Shown: one piece after another, positions 19,403-29,300 of the stretch
Layout of the letters: each line of letters starts with the position of its first letter
How positions within the stretch are numbered: position 1 is the stretch's first letter
NCBI GenBank assembly: GCA_910579535.1
Contig: CAJTUR010000003.1
Coordinates: 111-64,110, forward strand
DNA from: an uncultured Bacilli bacterium
Lineage (GTDB): Bacteria > Bacillota_I > Bacilli_A > RF39 > UBA660
Direction of reading: 5' to 3'
Length of the DNA: 64,000 nt
The notes under the pieces: model-generated
What the model was told of the DNA's origin: nothing
Database searches by the model: none
What the model saw: the letters and a program-made list of their open reading frames with translations, nothing else
Program-made: the position numbers and the translations under genes

Positions 19403-21418
19403 TCATTCATCAATTTTATTGTTATGAATAAATTGTTTTACTTCTTCTATAGAATTTGTAATTTTTTTTATGGGTAAAGTTCTTCTGACGATACTTTCGT
19501 ACTTTGGCAACCTAGAGTCTAGTATGCAAACTATGCCTTTATCGGTTTCACTTCTTATTAGCCTTCCTACCCCCTGTTTTAATTTAATAAGCATTTCTGG
19601 AATGTAAACTTTTTCAAATCCCTTATTTCCATATAAACTTTTTTTGTATTCCATAATTGGATCAACAACAGGAAAAGGTAATCTTGCAATAATTAAGTTA
19701 GATAATGATTTTCCTTTTATATCAATTCCCTCCCAAAATATTCCAGTACTAAATAAAACCGAGCTAATCTCATTTTTAAACTTATCTTTTACTGTATCTT
19801 GAGAAGAACCATCATTTTGAATATAAATATTAATATCGTCAATTTTATTTCCTATTTTTTCATATACGTATTTCATATCATTTTTTGAAGTAAATAAAAC
19901 TAATGTTTTTCCATGAGTAAGAATAATTAATTCTTTAATTTTTTCAACTAATTGTTCCAAATATTTATTTTTATGTTTTGGATTAACTAAATTACTGCAA
20001 CTATATAATAAAGCATTTTGATTATAATCATAAGGTGACTCGTAAGAATTTTCTATTGTGAGTCCTTTTTTTAATTTATTTGCTCCAATATTATTTAAAA
20101 AATAACTAAAATCTTCTTTGCCTACACTTAAAGTCGCTGAGGTAAAAATAAAGGTTTTATTGGGTGCATTTACAAATTGCATTAATTCATCTTTATAAAA
20201 AAACAAACGATAAGCAATTTCATCAATATTTTTTGGTGCATAAAAAATTCTATTTCTTTTTTTAACTCTTTCAATCCAAAATAAATAATTTCCATTTTCC
20301 CCTAATGCTAAAATTTGAAACATTTGGCTATATTCGTATAATTGTTCTTCTAAGTCTTCCGTATCTTTATTTGAAAATATCTGAACTGAACTATTTATCT
20401 CATTTATTATGGTTGCAATTTTTGTAGATAAATTTATAACATTTTCATCAAAATGAAATTCTAAACCATTACAATCTTCAATTTCAATTCCATTATCTTT
20501 TAATTCTTTTATTTTAATTAAAACATTATGATTAATAGTCTCTAATAAATTTTCTAATGTTGAAATAATGTCTCCATAATTGTAATCATAAATATTTTTC
20601 TTTTCTAATATACTTATAGCAATTTTCAACGGTTCTTTTACTGAATTAATTTTAATTTCTTTTGTTTTAGCACTACGAATTTTATTTTCAAGATTATGTG
20701 CTTCATCACAAACAATAAAGGCAACATTTTTAAATAGATTTCTGCCATAAAGTCCTGAACTCCTTGATAAGTCTTCTATTAATAAATCATGGTTACAAAT
20801 AATTGCACCATTAACATTTTTCATCAAAATTCTTCTTTTATAAAATTCACAGTTATCGCAATTTTTGCACTTTAAATATTGACACTGTTCAACATTAATT
20901 TCTTTCCAAATATTATCTTTAATTTTAGGGTAATCTTTTCTATCTTGTTTTTCTGAATCAAATTCTTTTAAATACTTGCTTTTATTTATAGGATTATTTA
21001 AAAACTTTTCTAATCTATTAAGACAAATAAAATTTGACATTCCCTTTGCTATTACCACATCTAAATTTATATCTAATTGTTGAGATAACTTGGCTATATC
21101 TTTTTCTAATTGTTCTTGAAGTGCAATTGTTGATGTAGAAATTATAAAAGATCTATTTGTTAAAGAAAAATAGTATAAAAGTGGGATCAAATAAGCATAA
21201 GATTTTCCAATTCCTACTCCTGCCTCAATAACTAAATTATCTCCTGACTCAATAGCATCAAATACACTTAATGCCATATTAACTTGACCTTCTCGTACTT
21301 GCAAATCATATTTTTTACAATTACTAAAGTATTCATCAATATTGGAATATAATGTTTCTAAATTTTCTTTGCTTAGACGATTTTCTTTTTTGGGGTTAGT
21401 AAAATAACTTTCAAACAT
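19403..21418 (-). CDS. DinG/Rad3-family (XPD-like) DEAH helicase
   Basis: Walker A is GVGIGKSYAY and the DEAH box is VCDEAHNL. A Cys cluster (CQYLKCKNCDNCEF plus upstream C) sits between them as a candidate FeS site. The C-terminal motif is GVGRLIRS. Confidence 0.8.
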   Translation of the reverse strand: MFESYFTNPKKENRLSKENLETLYSNIDEYFSNCKKYDLQVREGQVNMALSVFDAIESGDNLVIEAGVGIGKSYAYLIPLLYYFSLTNRSFIISTSTIALQEQLEKDIAKLSQQLDINLDVVIAKGMSNFICLNRLEKFLNNPINKSKYLKEFDSEKQDRKDYPKIKDNIWKEINVEQCQYLKCKNCDNCEFYKRRILMKNVNGAIICNHDLLIEDLSRSSGLYGRNLFKNVAFIVCDEAHNLENKIRSAKTKEIKINSVKEPLKIAISILEKKNIYDYNYGDIISTLENLLETINHNVLIKIKELKDNGIEIEDCNGLEFHFDENVINLSTKIATIINEINSSVQIFSNKDTEDLEEQLYEYSQMFQILALGENGNYLFWIERVKKRNRIFYAPKNIDEIAYRLFFYKDELMQFVNAPNKTFIFTSATLSVGKEDFSYFLNNIGANKLKKGLTIENSYESPYDYNQNALLYSCSNLVNPKHKNKYLEQLVEKIKELIILTHGKTLVLFTSKNDMKYVYEKIGNKIDDINIYIQNDGSSQDTVKDKFKNEISSVLFSTGIFWEGIDIKGKSLSNLIIARLPFPVVDPIMEYKKSLYGNKGFEKVYIPEMLIKLKQGVGRLIRSETDKGIVCILDSRLPKYESIVRRTLPIKKITNSIEEVKQFIHNNKIDE

Positions 21419-21463
21419 ATTTTTCTCCTTTAAATTGTTTTCTATTATACCATATTTTAATTG

Positions 21464-22801
21464 TCATTTTTGTTTTTTATCTCCTTTATCTTTCTCTTTT
21501 TCTTCATCAAAGTCTTTTATATTTTCTTTTACAGTATCTAGTCTTTTTTCTATTTCCTCACACAACTTAAATTTTTCATTTTGAGAATTTAATTTTTTGG
21601 TTATCTCATCAATTTCATAACGTATGGATGTTTTCTCTTCCTCACTTTTGACTCTTTTAATTTTTTTCCATAAATTGGCTTTTTTACTTGTTAAATCAGC
21701 TATTTCTATATATAAATTTTCCTTATAAAATAAAAGTTGTTCAGTTGTTTCTATTTTATTGGTAACCAATAATCTTGTTTGTTTAGATATTTCATTCATT
21801 TTATTCAATTCAACACGAAGAGCTGGCGACAAAATTTTTCTAGGATAATGTCTAGGATAAACTTTTAAAATATAACAATAATATTTATATAAACCATAAA
21901 TGCCATGTGCTTTTGCCTCTTTGGCTTTCTTATAAGATTTTATTTTATTATTAGGATTACAACTTTCGATAAAAGGTAGCCTTGGAGAAGACTCTGTTTC
22001 AATTCTACTTTCTATTTTTTCTATGGAATAATTATTTCCAAAAGACCTTTCTATGCGAATGTTTTTTTTAAAAGGTTCTCTTCTAATGCTTAATTTTCCA
22101 TAACGATTAATAACTTCATAACCCATTTTTTCCAAAATATTCTCAAAATCTTTATAAGAATATGCCATTCCGATTGCACGATCAACATCTTGTTTTGCAA
22201 CTCTATGATAATTATTTTTTAATGTATATCCTTTGTAATAATTATCATAATTTACCTTTCCTTTTTTCATTTTATTTTTATCAACAATACTTAAACCATA
22301 CTCTTGACATAACGCATCTGACAAATGTCTTAACTGTGCATAAGTTTCATGACAATCATGATACTTTTTACCATCTTTAAATGAAACTGAGTTAATTACA
22401 AAATGATTGTGAATATGATTTGTATTTGTATGAGTAGTCACAATAACTTCAAAACGATCTCCCCACATTTCTTCTGCTAATTTTAAACCAATTAGATGAG
22501 CTTTTTCTGGGGTGATTTCTCCCTCTTTAAACGATTGAAAAGCATGATAGCCTAATATTCCGTCTTTCTTTTTCCAAATATCTTTCGTCTCCATCATATC
22601 TTGATAAGCTCTTTCTGATAAACAATTTATTCCAGACACAAAACAACTTTCTTCAGTATTATAAGAAAGAGAATCATACTCAGTTAATTTATGCAATTCT
22701 TGATAATCACTTCCATTATTTGATGTCTTCTCTGGATTTATTACATAATCAATAACGTGATCTAATCTTTTTTCAATTTTCCAAATTCCTGTAGTAGCCA
22801 T
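21464..22801 (-). CDS. Relaxase (MobA/VirD2 family)
   Basis: HTNTNHIHNHFVINS is the histidine-triad motif. Likely start is MATTGIWKI (RBS GGAAGAGGAAAG) at 22801. Coiled-coil C-terminus. Confidence 0.85.
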   Translation of the reverse strand: MATTGIWKIEKRLDHVIDYVINPEKTSNNGSDYQELHKLTEYDSLSYNTEESCFVSGINCLSERAYQDMMETKDIWKKKDGILGYHAFQSFKEGEITPEKAHLIGLKLAEEMWGDRFEVIVTTHTNTNHIHNHFVINSVSFKDGKKYHDCHETYAQLRHLSDALCQEYGLSIVDKNKMKKGKVNYDNYYKGYTLKNNYHRVAKQDVDRAIGMAYSYKDFENILEKMGYEVINRYGKLSIRREPFKKNIRIERSFGNNYSIEKIESRIETESSPRLPFIESCNPNNKIKSYKKAKEAKAHGIYGLYKYYCYILKVYPRHYPRKILSPALRVELNKMNEISKQTRLLVTNKIETTEQLLFYKENLYIEIADLTSKKANLWKKIKRVKSEEEKTSIRYEIDEITKKLNSQNEKFKLCEEIEKRLDTVKENIKDFDEEKEKDKGDKKQK

Positions 22802-22898
22802 TTTTTCTCTCTTTCCTCTTCCTCTCTTCTTGAACATTTACTAGATATTTTTATAAATGGATATATGAATAACAATGAAAATATAATAAAAATTAATA

Positions 22899-23234
22899 TC
22901 ATTTATTTACACCTCTTCTTTCTTTTAAATATTCGTTTTTTATTTCTTCAATAAATCTAATAACCATATCAGCATTTTTCTTATAAGCAAGTTCATCTAT
23001 AAAACCTAATGAGTGGGCTTTCTTACTAATTTGATTCATGTTATTAGCCAGTGAACGAAACACTTTAAGATTTTCATAAAATCGATCATCTGGTTTTTCT
23101 TTTAATTTATAGCCTAATAGTAATTCTCTTATATACTCACTTTCATTCATACCTGCTTTAGTAGAATTAATAGATAAAATATGACATTCTTCTTCATTAA
23201 ACCAAAATTGTTTTTTCTTATTTCTAATTCTCAT
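22899..23234 (-). CDS. mobC: MobC-family relaxosome accessory protein
   Basis: ANNMNQISKKAH matches the MobC NLNQIA-type motif. The gene lies directly upstream of the relaxase. Likely start is ATG 23234 (RBS AGGAAAGGAAAGAG). Confidence 0.7.
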   Translation of the reverse strand: MRIRNKKKQFWFNEEECHILSINSTKAGMNESEYIRELLLGYKLKEKPDDRFYENLKVFRSLANNMNQISKKAHSLGFIDELAYKKNADMVIRFIEEIKNEYLKERRGVNK

Positions 23235-23263
23235 ATCACTCTTTCCTTTCCTAAATAAAGGCA

Positions 23264-23295
23264 TAAAAAAAGATTAGTATATTTCTACACTAATC
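23264..23295 (-). terminator. Rho-independent terminator after hup
   Basis: Stem GATTAGT (23272-78) / ACTAATC (23289-95), followed on the minus strand by T7. Confidence 0.6.
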
Positions 23296-23313
23296 ATTTC
23301 TTATAAAAAATAT

Positions 23314-23589
23314 TTATTTATTAACAACTTCTTTTAATGCATTACCGGCTTTAAAAGCAACATTTTTACTTGCTTTAATTTGAATAGTTTCACCAGTTTG
23401 AGGATTTCTTCCCTCTCTAGCTGCTCTATTTGAAATTTTAAAAGTTCCAAAACCAGAAACAGCAACACTATTTCCTTTAGCAAGTTCATCTTTAAATAAT
23501 TCAAAAGTTCCATTAAAAACTTTTTCTACCTCAGCCTTAGTCAAACCTGTATTTTGAGCTAATGCTTCAATCATTTCAGATTTTTTCAT
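23314..23589 (-). CDS. hup: HU-family DNA-binding protein
   Basis: MKKSEMIEALAQNTGLTKAEVEKV..GFGTFKISNRAAREGRNPQTGETIQIKASK is a canonical HU/IHF signature. The RBS GGAGGTGG precedes ATG 23589. Confidence 0.85.
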   Translation of the reverse strand: MKKSEMIEALAQNTGLTKAEVEKVFNGTFELFKDELAKGNSVAVSGFGTFKISNRAAREGRNPQTGETIQIKASKNVAFKAGNALKEVVNK

Positions 23590-23655
23590 TGTTCCACCTC
23601 CTACTTTCTCAATTCCAATTATAACACACAATTAATAATCATTTAACTTTTAAAA

Positions 23656-24270
23656 TTATGGAATTAATTCTTGTGTTTGTTCTAAACCAATTTTATTAGT
23701 TTCTTTAATTTCTAAAATCTTACTATTATTAAATATAGATAATAAATTATCTTCAACTCTAAAATTTGGTTTTATTGTAAATTCATAATTTTTATCTTTT
23801 GTAATATTGGGACATAATTTTTTCTCTACTTTTATTGTTTGAACTTCCTCTTCTTGAAATTGTCTTATAGTTAAATAAATATATTTTTCATCATTACTTC
23901 CAGCAACATTAAGAATATTATACGTCCTAATAAATGGATTTAAATCAATTGTATTTTTATTTTCAACATCGACAGAGGCTTCTCCTTTTACAAATTTAAT
24001 TAAATTTGAGTCAACAATTGTTTTCTTAAATTTTTCTTGCTCTTCCTCACTATTATCTAATAATCCTACAACTACCACTCTATTTTCTTCATCAACATAA
24101 TTAAAAGCCAAATTTTTATAATCTTTACTTCCATTTGCTTGAAAATAAGAAATGATTTGATTATTTACATTTACCAATTCTTCCTTTGTTACTTTTATTT
24201 TATTTCCACATCCTGTAAGTCCTAAAACCAAAACGCTACTTACTAAAATAGTTAAAATTCTCTTTTTCAT
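23656..24270 (-). CDS. Lipoprotein, function unknown
   Basis: 204 aa. Signal peptide with lipobox LTGCGN. Confidence 0.65.
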   Translation of the reverse strand: MKKRILTILVSSVLVLGLTGCGNKIKVTKEELVNVNNQIISYFQANGSKDYKNLAFNYVDEENRVVVVGLLDNSEEEQEKFKKTIVDSNLIKFVKGEASVDVENKNTIDLNPFIRTYNILNVAGSNDEKYIYLTIRQFQEEEVQTIKVEKKLCPNITKDKNYEFTIKPNFRVEDNLLSIFNNSKILEIKETNKIGLEQTQELIP

Positions 24271-24509
24271 TTTCTTTTCTCCATTTTAAAAACAAATATA
24301 AAATCATTTTTTTGTTCTCATTTCAATTATATCAAAAAAACGACAATTATTGTCTTTAATTTTTAATCTAATAAATATATTTTTTTATGGTATATTAAAA
24401 TTCTTTTTACTAAATGATTATTTCTGTCATATATTTTATAACAATTGCCCCAAAATAATTTCCATTTCCAAAAAAACATAATTTCATTCCTCCTATTTTT
24501 TCTTTTGCT

Positions 24510-24610
24510 AGGGTTTGGGGTTTCCCCATAAATTTGGCATGTGGCGGGAGGACACATGCAGTGCTGGCTAAGACACAGTTTTCTATGAATAGAAAACTTC
24601 CCTTTTTTGA
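24510..24610. other. GC-rich island with three stem-loops (candidate oriT, single-strand origin or small RNA)
   Basis: Hairpins are GGGGTTTCCCC (24517-27), GCATGTG-N9-CACATGC (24537-59) and GTTTTCTAT-GA-ATAGAAAAC (24578-97). On the plus strand the last one is followed by TTCCCTTTTTT. The island is far more GC-rich than its surroundings. Confidence 0.4.
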
Positions 24611-24618
24611 CTTGAAAA

Positions 24619-25584
24619 TTATCTATAATTTTCATTACCATTTTTAATAGGAATTCCCAAATATTTTTTTAAAACATCATTAACATCTTTTAAATTTTTA
24701 GGAGATTTATCTATAATTTTATAACTATCTGACAAAGAATTTTGTATTGATTTTGTTGCTATTTTACCTGCAACGTCATTATCAAGATGTAAAACTATTG
24801 TATCAATTTGAGGATTATTTTTTAAAAAAGTTGTTAAAGTTTCAGGAATTTTAATGTCCATAGTATCTTTTTTTGGCTTATAAACTCCTGCCAAAGACAA
24901 CAAATTTTCTTCATCCCAGTGTTCATTATTTAACTCTTTTAAAGTTGCATAAGACAATAAATCAATGGCACTTTCAAACAAATGAACATCATTTTTATTC
25001 AAAATAGATTTTAATTTAAAAGAAAAGGCTTTATCACTTCCAGAAGCCTCTCCCATAAAACGACTTGAATTTGTACCTCTATAACCAGCATATCTTATAA
25101 TATTTTGTTCATCATAACCAACAAATACAACATTGTTTCTAACTTTTTCTTGATAAATTAGTCCCTTATTTATACATTCTTCAATGATACTTTTACTTAT
25201 ACCTCGACTCATTAAATAAGATATAACCTTATTATTGTTAGGGGCTTTTTGAGGTAAAAAGAAACGAGCAATTTTTTCTTTTTCAGTCAGTTTTTGCTTA
25301 AACAAAGATTTTTTTTCTAAACCCTTTTGATTAAGAAGATGCCCTACTGCTTGTGTAAAACTATATTCTTCAACTCGAATCAAATATTCTAACGCTGTTT
25401 TTCCTCCTATTCCTCTTGAAAACCAATACCACATTCCATTATTAATCTTCAAACTGTCATGAGTTCTAGTATGAAAAGTATTTCTCGAATCATAAACTAG
25501 TTCATCTGGATTATAATTTTGCAAATAAGTTAAGAGATCTATTTCTTTAGCTTTAGCAATTTGTTCTGGTGTAAAATATACCAT
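24619..25584 (-). CDS. Toprim/DUF3991 primase-like protein
   Basis: N-terminus FTPEQIAKAKEIDLLTYLQ..WYWFSRGIGGKTALEYL is DUF3991-like. Toprim motifs are LFESAIDLLS (E) and HLDNDVAG (DxD). Confidence 0.75.
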   Translation of the reverse strand: MVYFTPEQIAKAKEIDLLTYLQNYNPDELVYDSRNTFHTRTHDSLKINNGMWYWFSRGIGGKTALEYLIRVEEYSFTQAVGHLLNQKGLEKKSLFKQKLTEKEKIARFFLPQKAPNNNKVISYLMSRGISKSIIEECINKGLIYQEKVRNNVVFVGYDEQNIIRYAGYRGTNSSRFMGEASGSDKAFSFKLKSILNKNDVHLFESAIDLLSYATLKELNNEHWDEENLLSLAGVYKPKKDTMDIKIPETLTTFLKNNPQIDTIVLHLDNDVAGKIATKSIQNSLSDSYKIIDKSPKNLKDVNDVLKKYLGIPIKNGNENYR

Positions 25585-25928
25585 TATCGCCCTCGGTCAT
25601 TAAGATTTTTATCTTTGATAATATTTTGGATTAATTCTAAATCTTTTATAGTTAATGGATTTTTTTCATACCAATCTTTCGCTTCTTCTATCGTATAACC
25701 AAATGATAGTCCTTTGTAATTATCATATTCAAATATAATATAATTAGTAGGATAACCATTTATTTTTGCTAAGACTTGCCAATTATAAAATTCAGTTTCC
25801 TTATTTAAAATATCTATCATGCCTAAATGTTGTAAAAATTTTTTGAATTGATTAAATTCTTTTTCATTGTTAATTAATAAAGTATTATTTCTTGATAAAA
25901 AATCTACCCATTTAAATTTACCATTCAT
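25584..25928 (-). CDS. Hypothetical protein
   Basis: 114-aa ORF whose stop overlaps the next gene's start. Confidence 0.45.
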   Translation of the reverse strand: MNGKFKWVDFLSRNNTLLINNEKEFNQFKKFLQHLGMIDILNKETEFYNWQVLAKINGYPTNYIIFEYDNYKGLSFGYTIEEAKDWYEKNPLTIKDLELIQNIIKDKNLNDRGR

Positions 25929-26278
25929 CGCTCTTCTTGACCTTTCGCTTTTGATTTTTTTTCTTGTTCATCTATAATTTTTTTTAAATTCGGTAAGATT
26001 TTAAAATTAATATTGTCAATAATTTCTGAATTAATTACCATTATTTCCTGTAAATATAATAACTGTTGATCATGCCTTATTGTACTAAAAAACTCATATA
26101 AACTTTTGACTCCATCTTTTACCTTTAAAATATTATAAACATCAATATTATTTAAATCTTTTACACTAAAATTTTGTTGAATAGAATGACAAAATTCATA
26201 TCTATCTAACTCTTTTAAAGCTTCACTAATGTCTTTAATGAATTGTGAATTTTTATTTAATTCTATTGCTTCACTCAT
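25925..26278 (-). CDS. Hypothetical protein
   Basis: 117-aa ORF with a 4-nt overlap with the next gene. Confidence 0.45.
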   Translation of the reverse strand: MSEAIELNKNSQFIKDISEALKELDRYEFCHSIQQNFSVKDLNNIDVYNILKVKDGVKSLYEFFSTIRHDQQLLYLQEIMVINSEIIDNINFKILPNLKKIIDEQEKKSKAKGQEER

Positions 26279-26312
26279 AAATTTTAATCCCCTTTCTTTT
26301 TTGATTTTTTAA

Positions 26313-29300
26313 TTATCTTTCATATTCTTTTTTCGATATTTGATTTCTATCTTCAATTTCCTCCGAGTCTTCTTCATCTAAAATATCATGATTTTTTTCT
26401 TCTAAATTTAATTTTTTATTAAGTTTTTTTAATCTTGCCAATTTCTCTTTTAATTCTTGTTCTTGTAAAAAAGGTTTTTCAAGTTCCAATTTTGCATTTT
26501 CTAAATTACTTTTTGCACTTATCAATTCTTTTTCTATACAATTAATTCTAAAATTAATATCATTAATTATATTATTAATCCTAGCTATATTGCCTGTAGC
26601 ACTTTCTCCAAGTTCAACAAAATAAGTTGCATTATTTTTTAAATATAGTTTATATGTTTTTGTAAAACTATCAAATTTTACTTCTAATTTAAATCCTTTA
26701 TATTCAGCAAACTCTTTGCTTTCCTGCATAGTACATCTTTTACATTCTTCTAATAATAATTCTCCAGCCTCTTGCACATTCTTAATTTCTGTATTATTAA
26801 TAATCATAGAAAAAAACTCATCTTCATTAGATGGGTATTTTTCTTGTAGATATTCTAAATCTTTTTTATAATTTTTTAACTCATTTTCATATCGTATAAT
26901 ATCACTGGGAAATACTTTTTTTACTTTATTTTCCAAATCATAATGTTCACTTAAATAATTTTGTTTTAAAATTTTCAACTTAGATACTTCAGTGTCAAGT
27001 TCAGTTTTTTCAATAATTTCTGGATTACCTGTTGCAAGAGCTTTAATTTCAGCATAAGATAAAACACTTTCATCTATATCTTCAGCATCTCTAACAGGCG
27101 TTTTAGATGTCATTATTTGTGAGATAAATTTTTGTTTACTTTCAACCAAATGATATAAATAGGAATCAAATGTCTTTTCGGTAACATAACGATAAATATA
27201 TACTTTATTATTTTGATTACCCTGTCTTACAATTCTCCCTAAACGTTGCTGCAAATCACTAGGTCTCCAGGGGCAATCTAAATCATGTAATGCAATTAAT
27301 TTATCTTGGCAATTAGTTCCAGCTCCCATTTTTTGAGTACTTCCCATTAAAACTCTTATTTTTCCCTGCCTTACTTTTGAAAATAATTCTTTCTTTTGAA
27401 TTTCGGTACTTGCATTATGAATAAATTCTATCTCATTTTCTGGAATACCTTTATTAATCAATTTCATTTTAATATCATGATAAACATCAAAACTCCCATC
27501 ATCTTTTGGAGTAGATAAATCACAAAAAATTAATTGTGCTAATCTTTTATCTTTATATTTTTCCCAAATATTATAGACATTTTCACAACACATATTTACT
27601 TTACTATTTTCAAAATCTGGTAAAAAACTATTAATTATTCTTTGATCTAAGGCTAACTTTCTGCCCTCATTAGTAATTTTGAGCATATTATCTTCTTCTG
27701 GTTTCACTTCACGATTTCTAACATTTTCGGCTCTCTGGGCATAAGATTGAACTAAATCTAATTGAACATCACTCGGCGGACTTACAACTGTTTCAAATTT
27801 TGTCTCTGGTACTGGCAACTTTAATGTATCGGAAGTTTGAATATCAGCAAAATTTTTAAACATTTGCATTAACTCTGGTATATTATGAAATTTCGCAAAC
27901 CTAGTTTTCGCTCTAAAGCCTGTACCCTCTGGAGCAATTTCTATGGCGGTAACTGTTTCTCCAAAAGTTGACGCCCAAGCATCAAAATGTTGTAATCCTG
28001 CTTTTAATAATTCGTCATATTGCAAGTATCTTTGTAAAGTATAAAGTTCTGTCATAGAATTTGATATAGGTGTTCCAGTTGCAAATATAACCCCTTTATT
28101 TTCTGTTATCTCATCTAAATATCTACATTTCATAAATAAATCAGAACTTTTTTGAGCTTCTGTTGTAGCCACTCCAGATACATTTCTCATTTTAGTATAT
28201 AAATATAGATTTTTGTAGTAGTGTGCTTCGTCCACAAACAATCTGTCAACACCTAACTCTTCAAAATAAACAACGTCATCTTTTTTTTCTCTACTATTTA
28301 ATTTTTCTAATTTTCTTTCAATAGATTTTTGAGTTTTAACAAGCATTTTTATAGTAAATCTTTCTCCATTATGCATTTTTAAATCTGCAATCCCTTTTAT
28401 TGTATCTTCTAATTGTGCTTCTAAAATATTAATTTGTCTTTCTGCTGACATTGGAATTTTTTCAAATTGAGAATGACCTATAATAACAGCATCATAATCT
28501 CCAGTAGCAATCCTAGAACAAAACTTTTTACGATTTTTGGTTTCAAAATCTTTTTTTGTTGAAACTAATATATTGGCGGAAGGGTATAATTGTAAGAACT
28601 CACTTGCAAATTGTGCTATGATATGATTAGGTACAACAAATAAACTTTTATTACAAAGTCCTAATCTTTTTGACTCCATGGCGGCTGCAACCATTTCAAA
28701 TGTCTTACCTGCCCCAACTTCATGAGCTAATAAAGTATTGCCACCATATAAAATTCGAGCAATGGCATTCACTTGATGTTTTCTTAATTTTATTTCTGGG
28801 TTCATTCCTAGAAAAGAAATATTAGAGCCATCATATTCTCTTAATCGAATAGAGTTAAATTTTCGATTATATAATTCTGTTAGTTTCTCTCTACGATCCA
28901 TATCTCTCCATAACCATTCATCAAAAGCTTCTCTTATCTTGTCCTGTTTAGACTGTGCAATAGCGGTCTCTTTTTTATTAAGAATTGCTCTAACTTTTCC
29001 ATTTTCATCTTCTTTATAATCAAATATTTTTGTATCTCTTAAATTTAAAGCATCTTCTAATAATCTATAAGCATTGGCTTTAATCGTTCCATAAGTAGAT
29101 ATAACTGGTATAGAATTTCTATCATAAAATCTTCCTTCAATATTCCATTGTCCAGTTAATTCTGAATAATGAACATCCATATTCTCCACAGCATCAGTAG
29201 AGGAGTCTAACAATTCAAACATAAATTCTTTTATATAATGTGTAGGTATCCATGTTGCTCCCAATCTAACGACAATATCTTCTGTGGGAATAAAAGATGG

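Noticed and set aside
24505-24545. Possible preQ1-I-like riboswitch (short GGGG/CCCC hairpin followed by an A-rich tail and an RBS on the minus strand).
   Set aside because: The loop is only 3 nt and lacks the conserved preQ1 loop sequence and the pseudoknot partner. No queuosine-related gene lies downstream.
24363-24641. 92-aa ORF spanning the GC-rich hairpin island.
   Set aside because: It overlaps the primase gene's end, and its translation (..CLSQHCMCPPATCQIYGETPNPSKRKNRRN..) simply reads through the hairpins. Only its last 38 codons have an RBS. That peptide lacks the hydrophobic helix expected of a type I toxin, so the toxin idea is kept only as a low-probability alternative.
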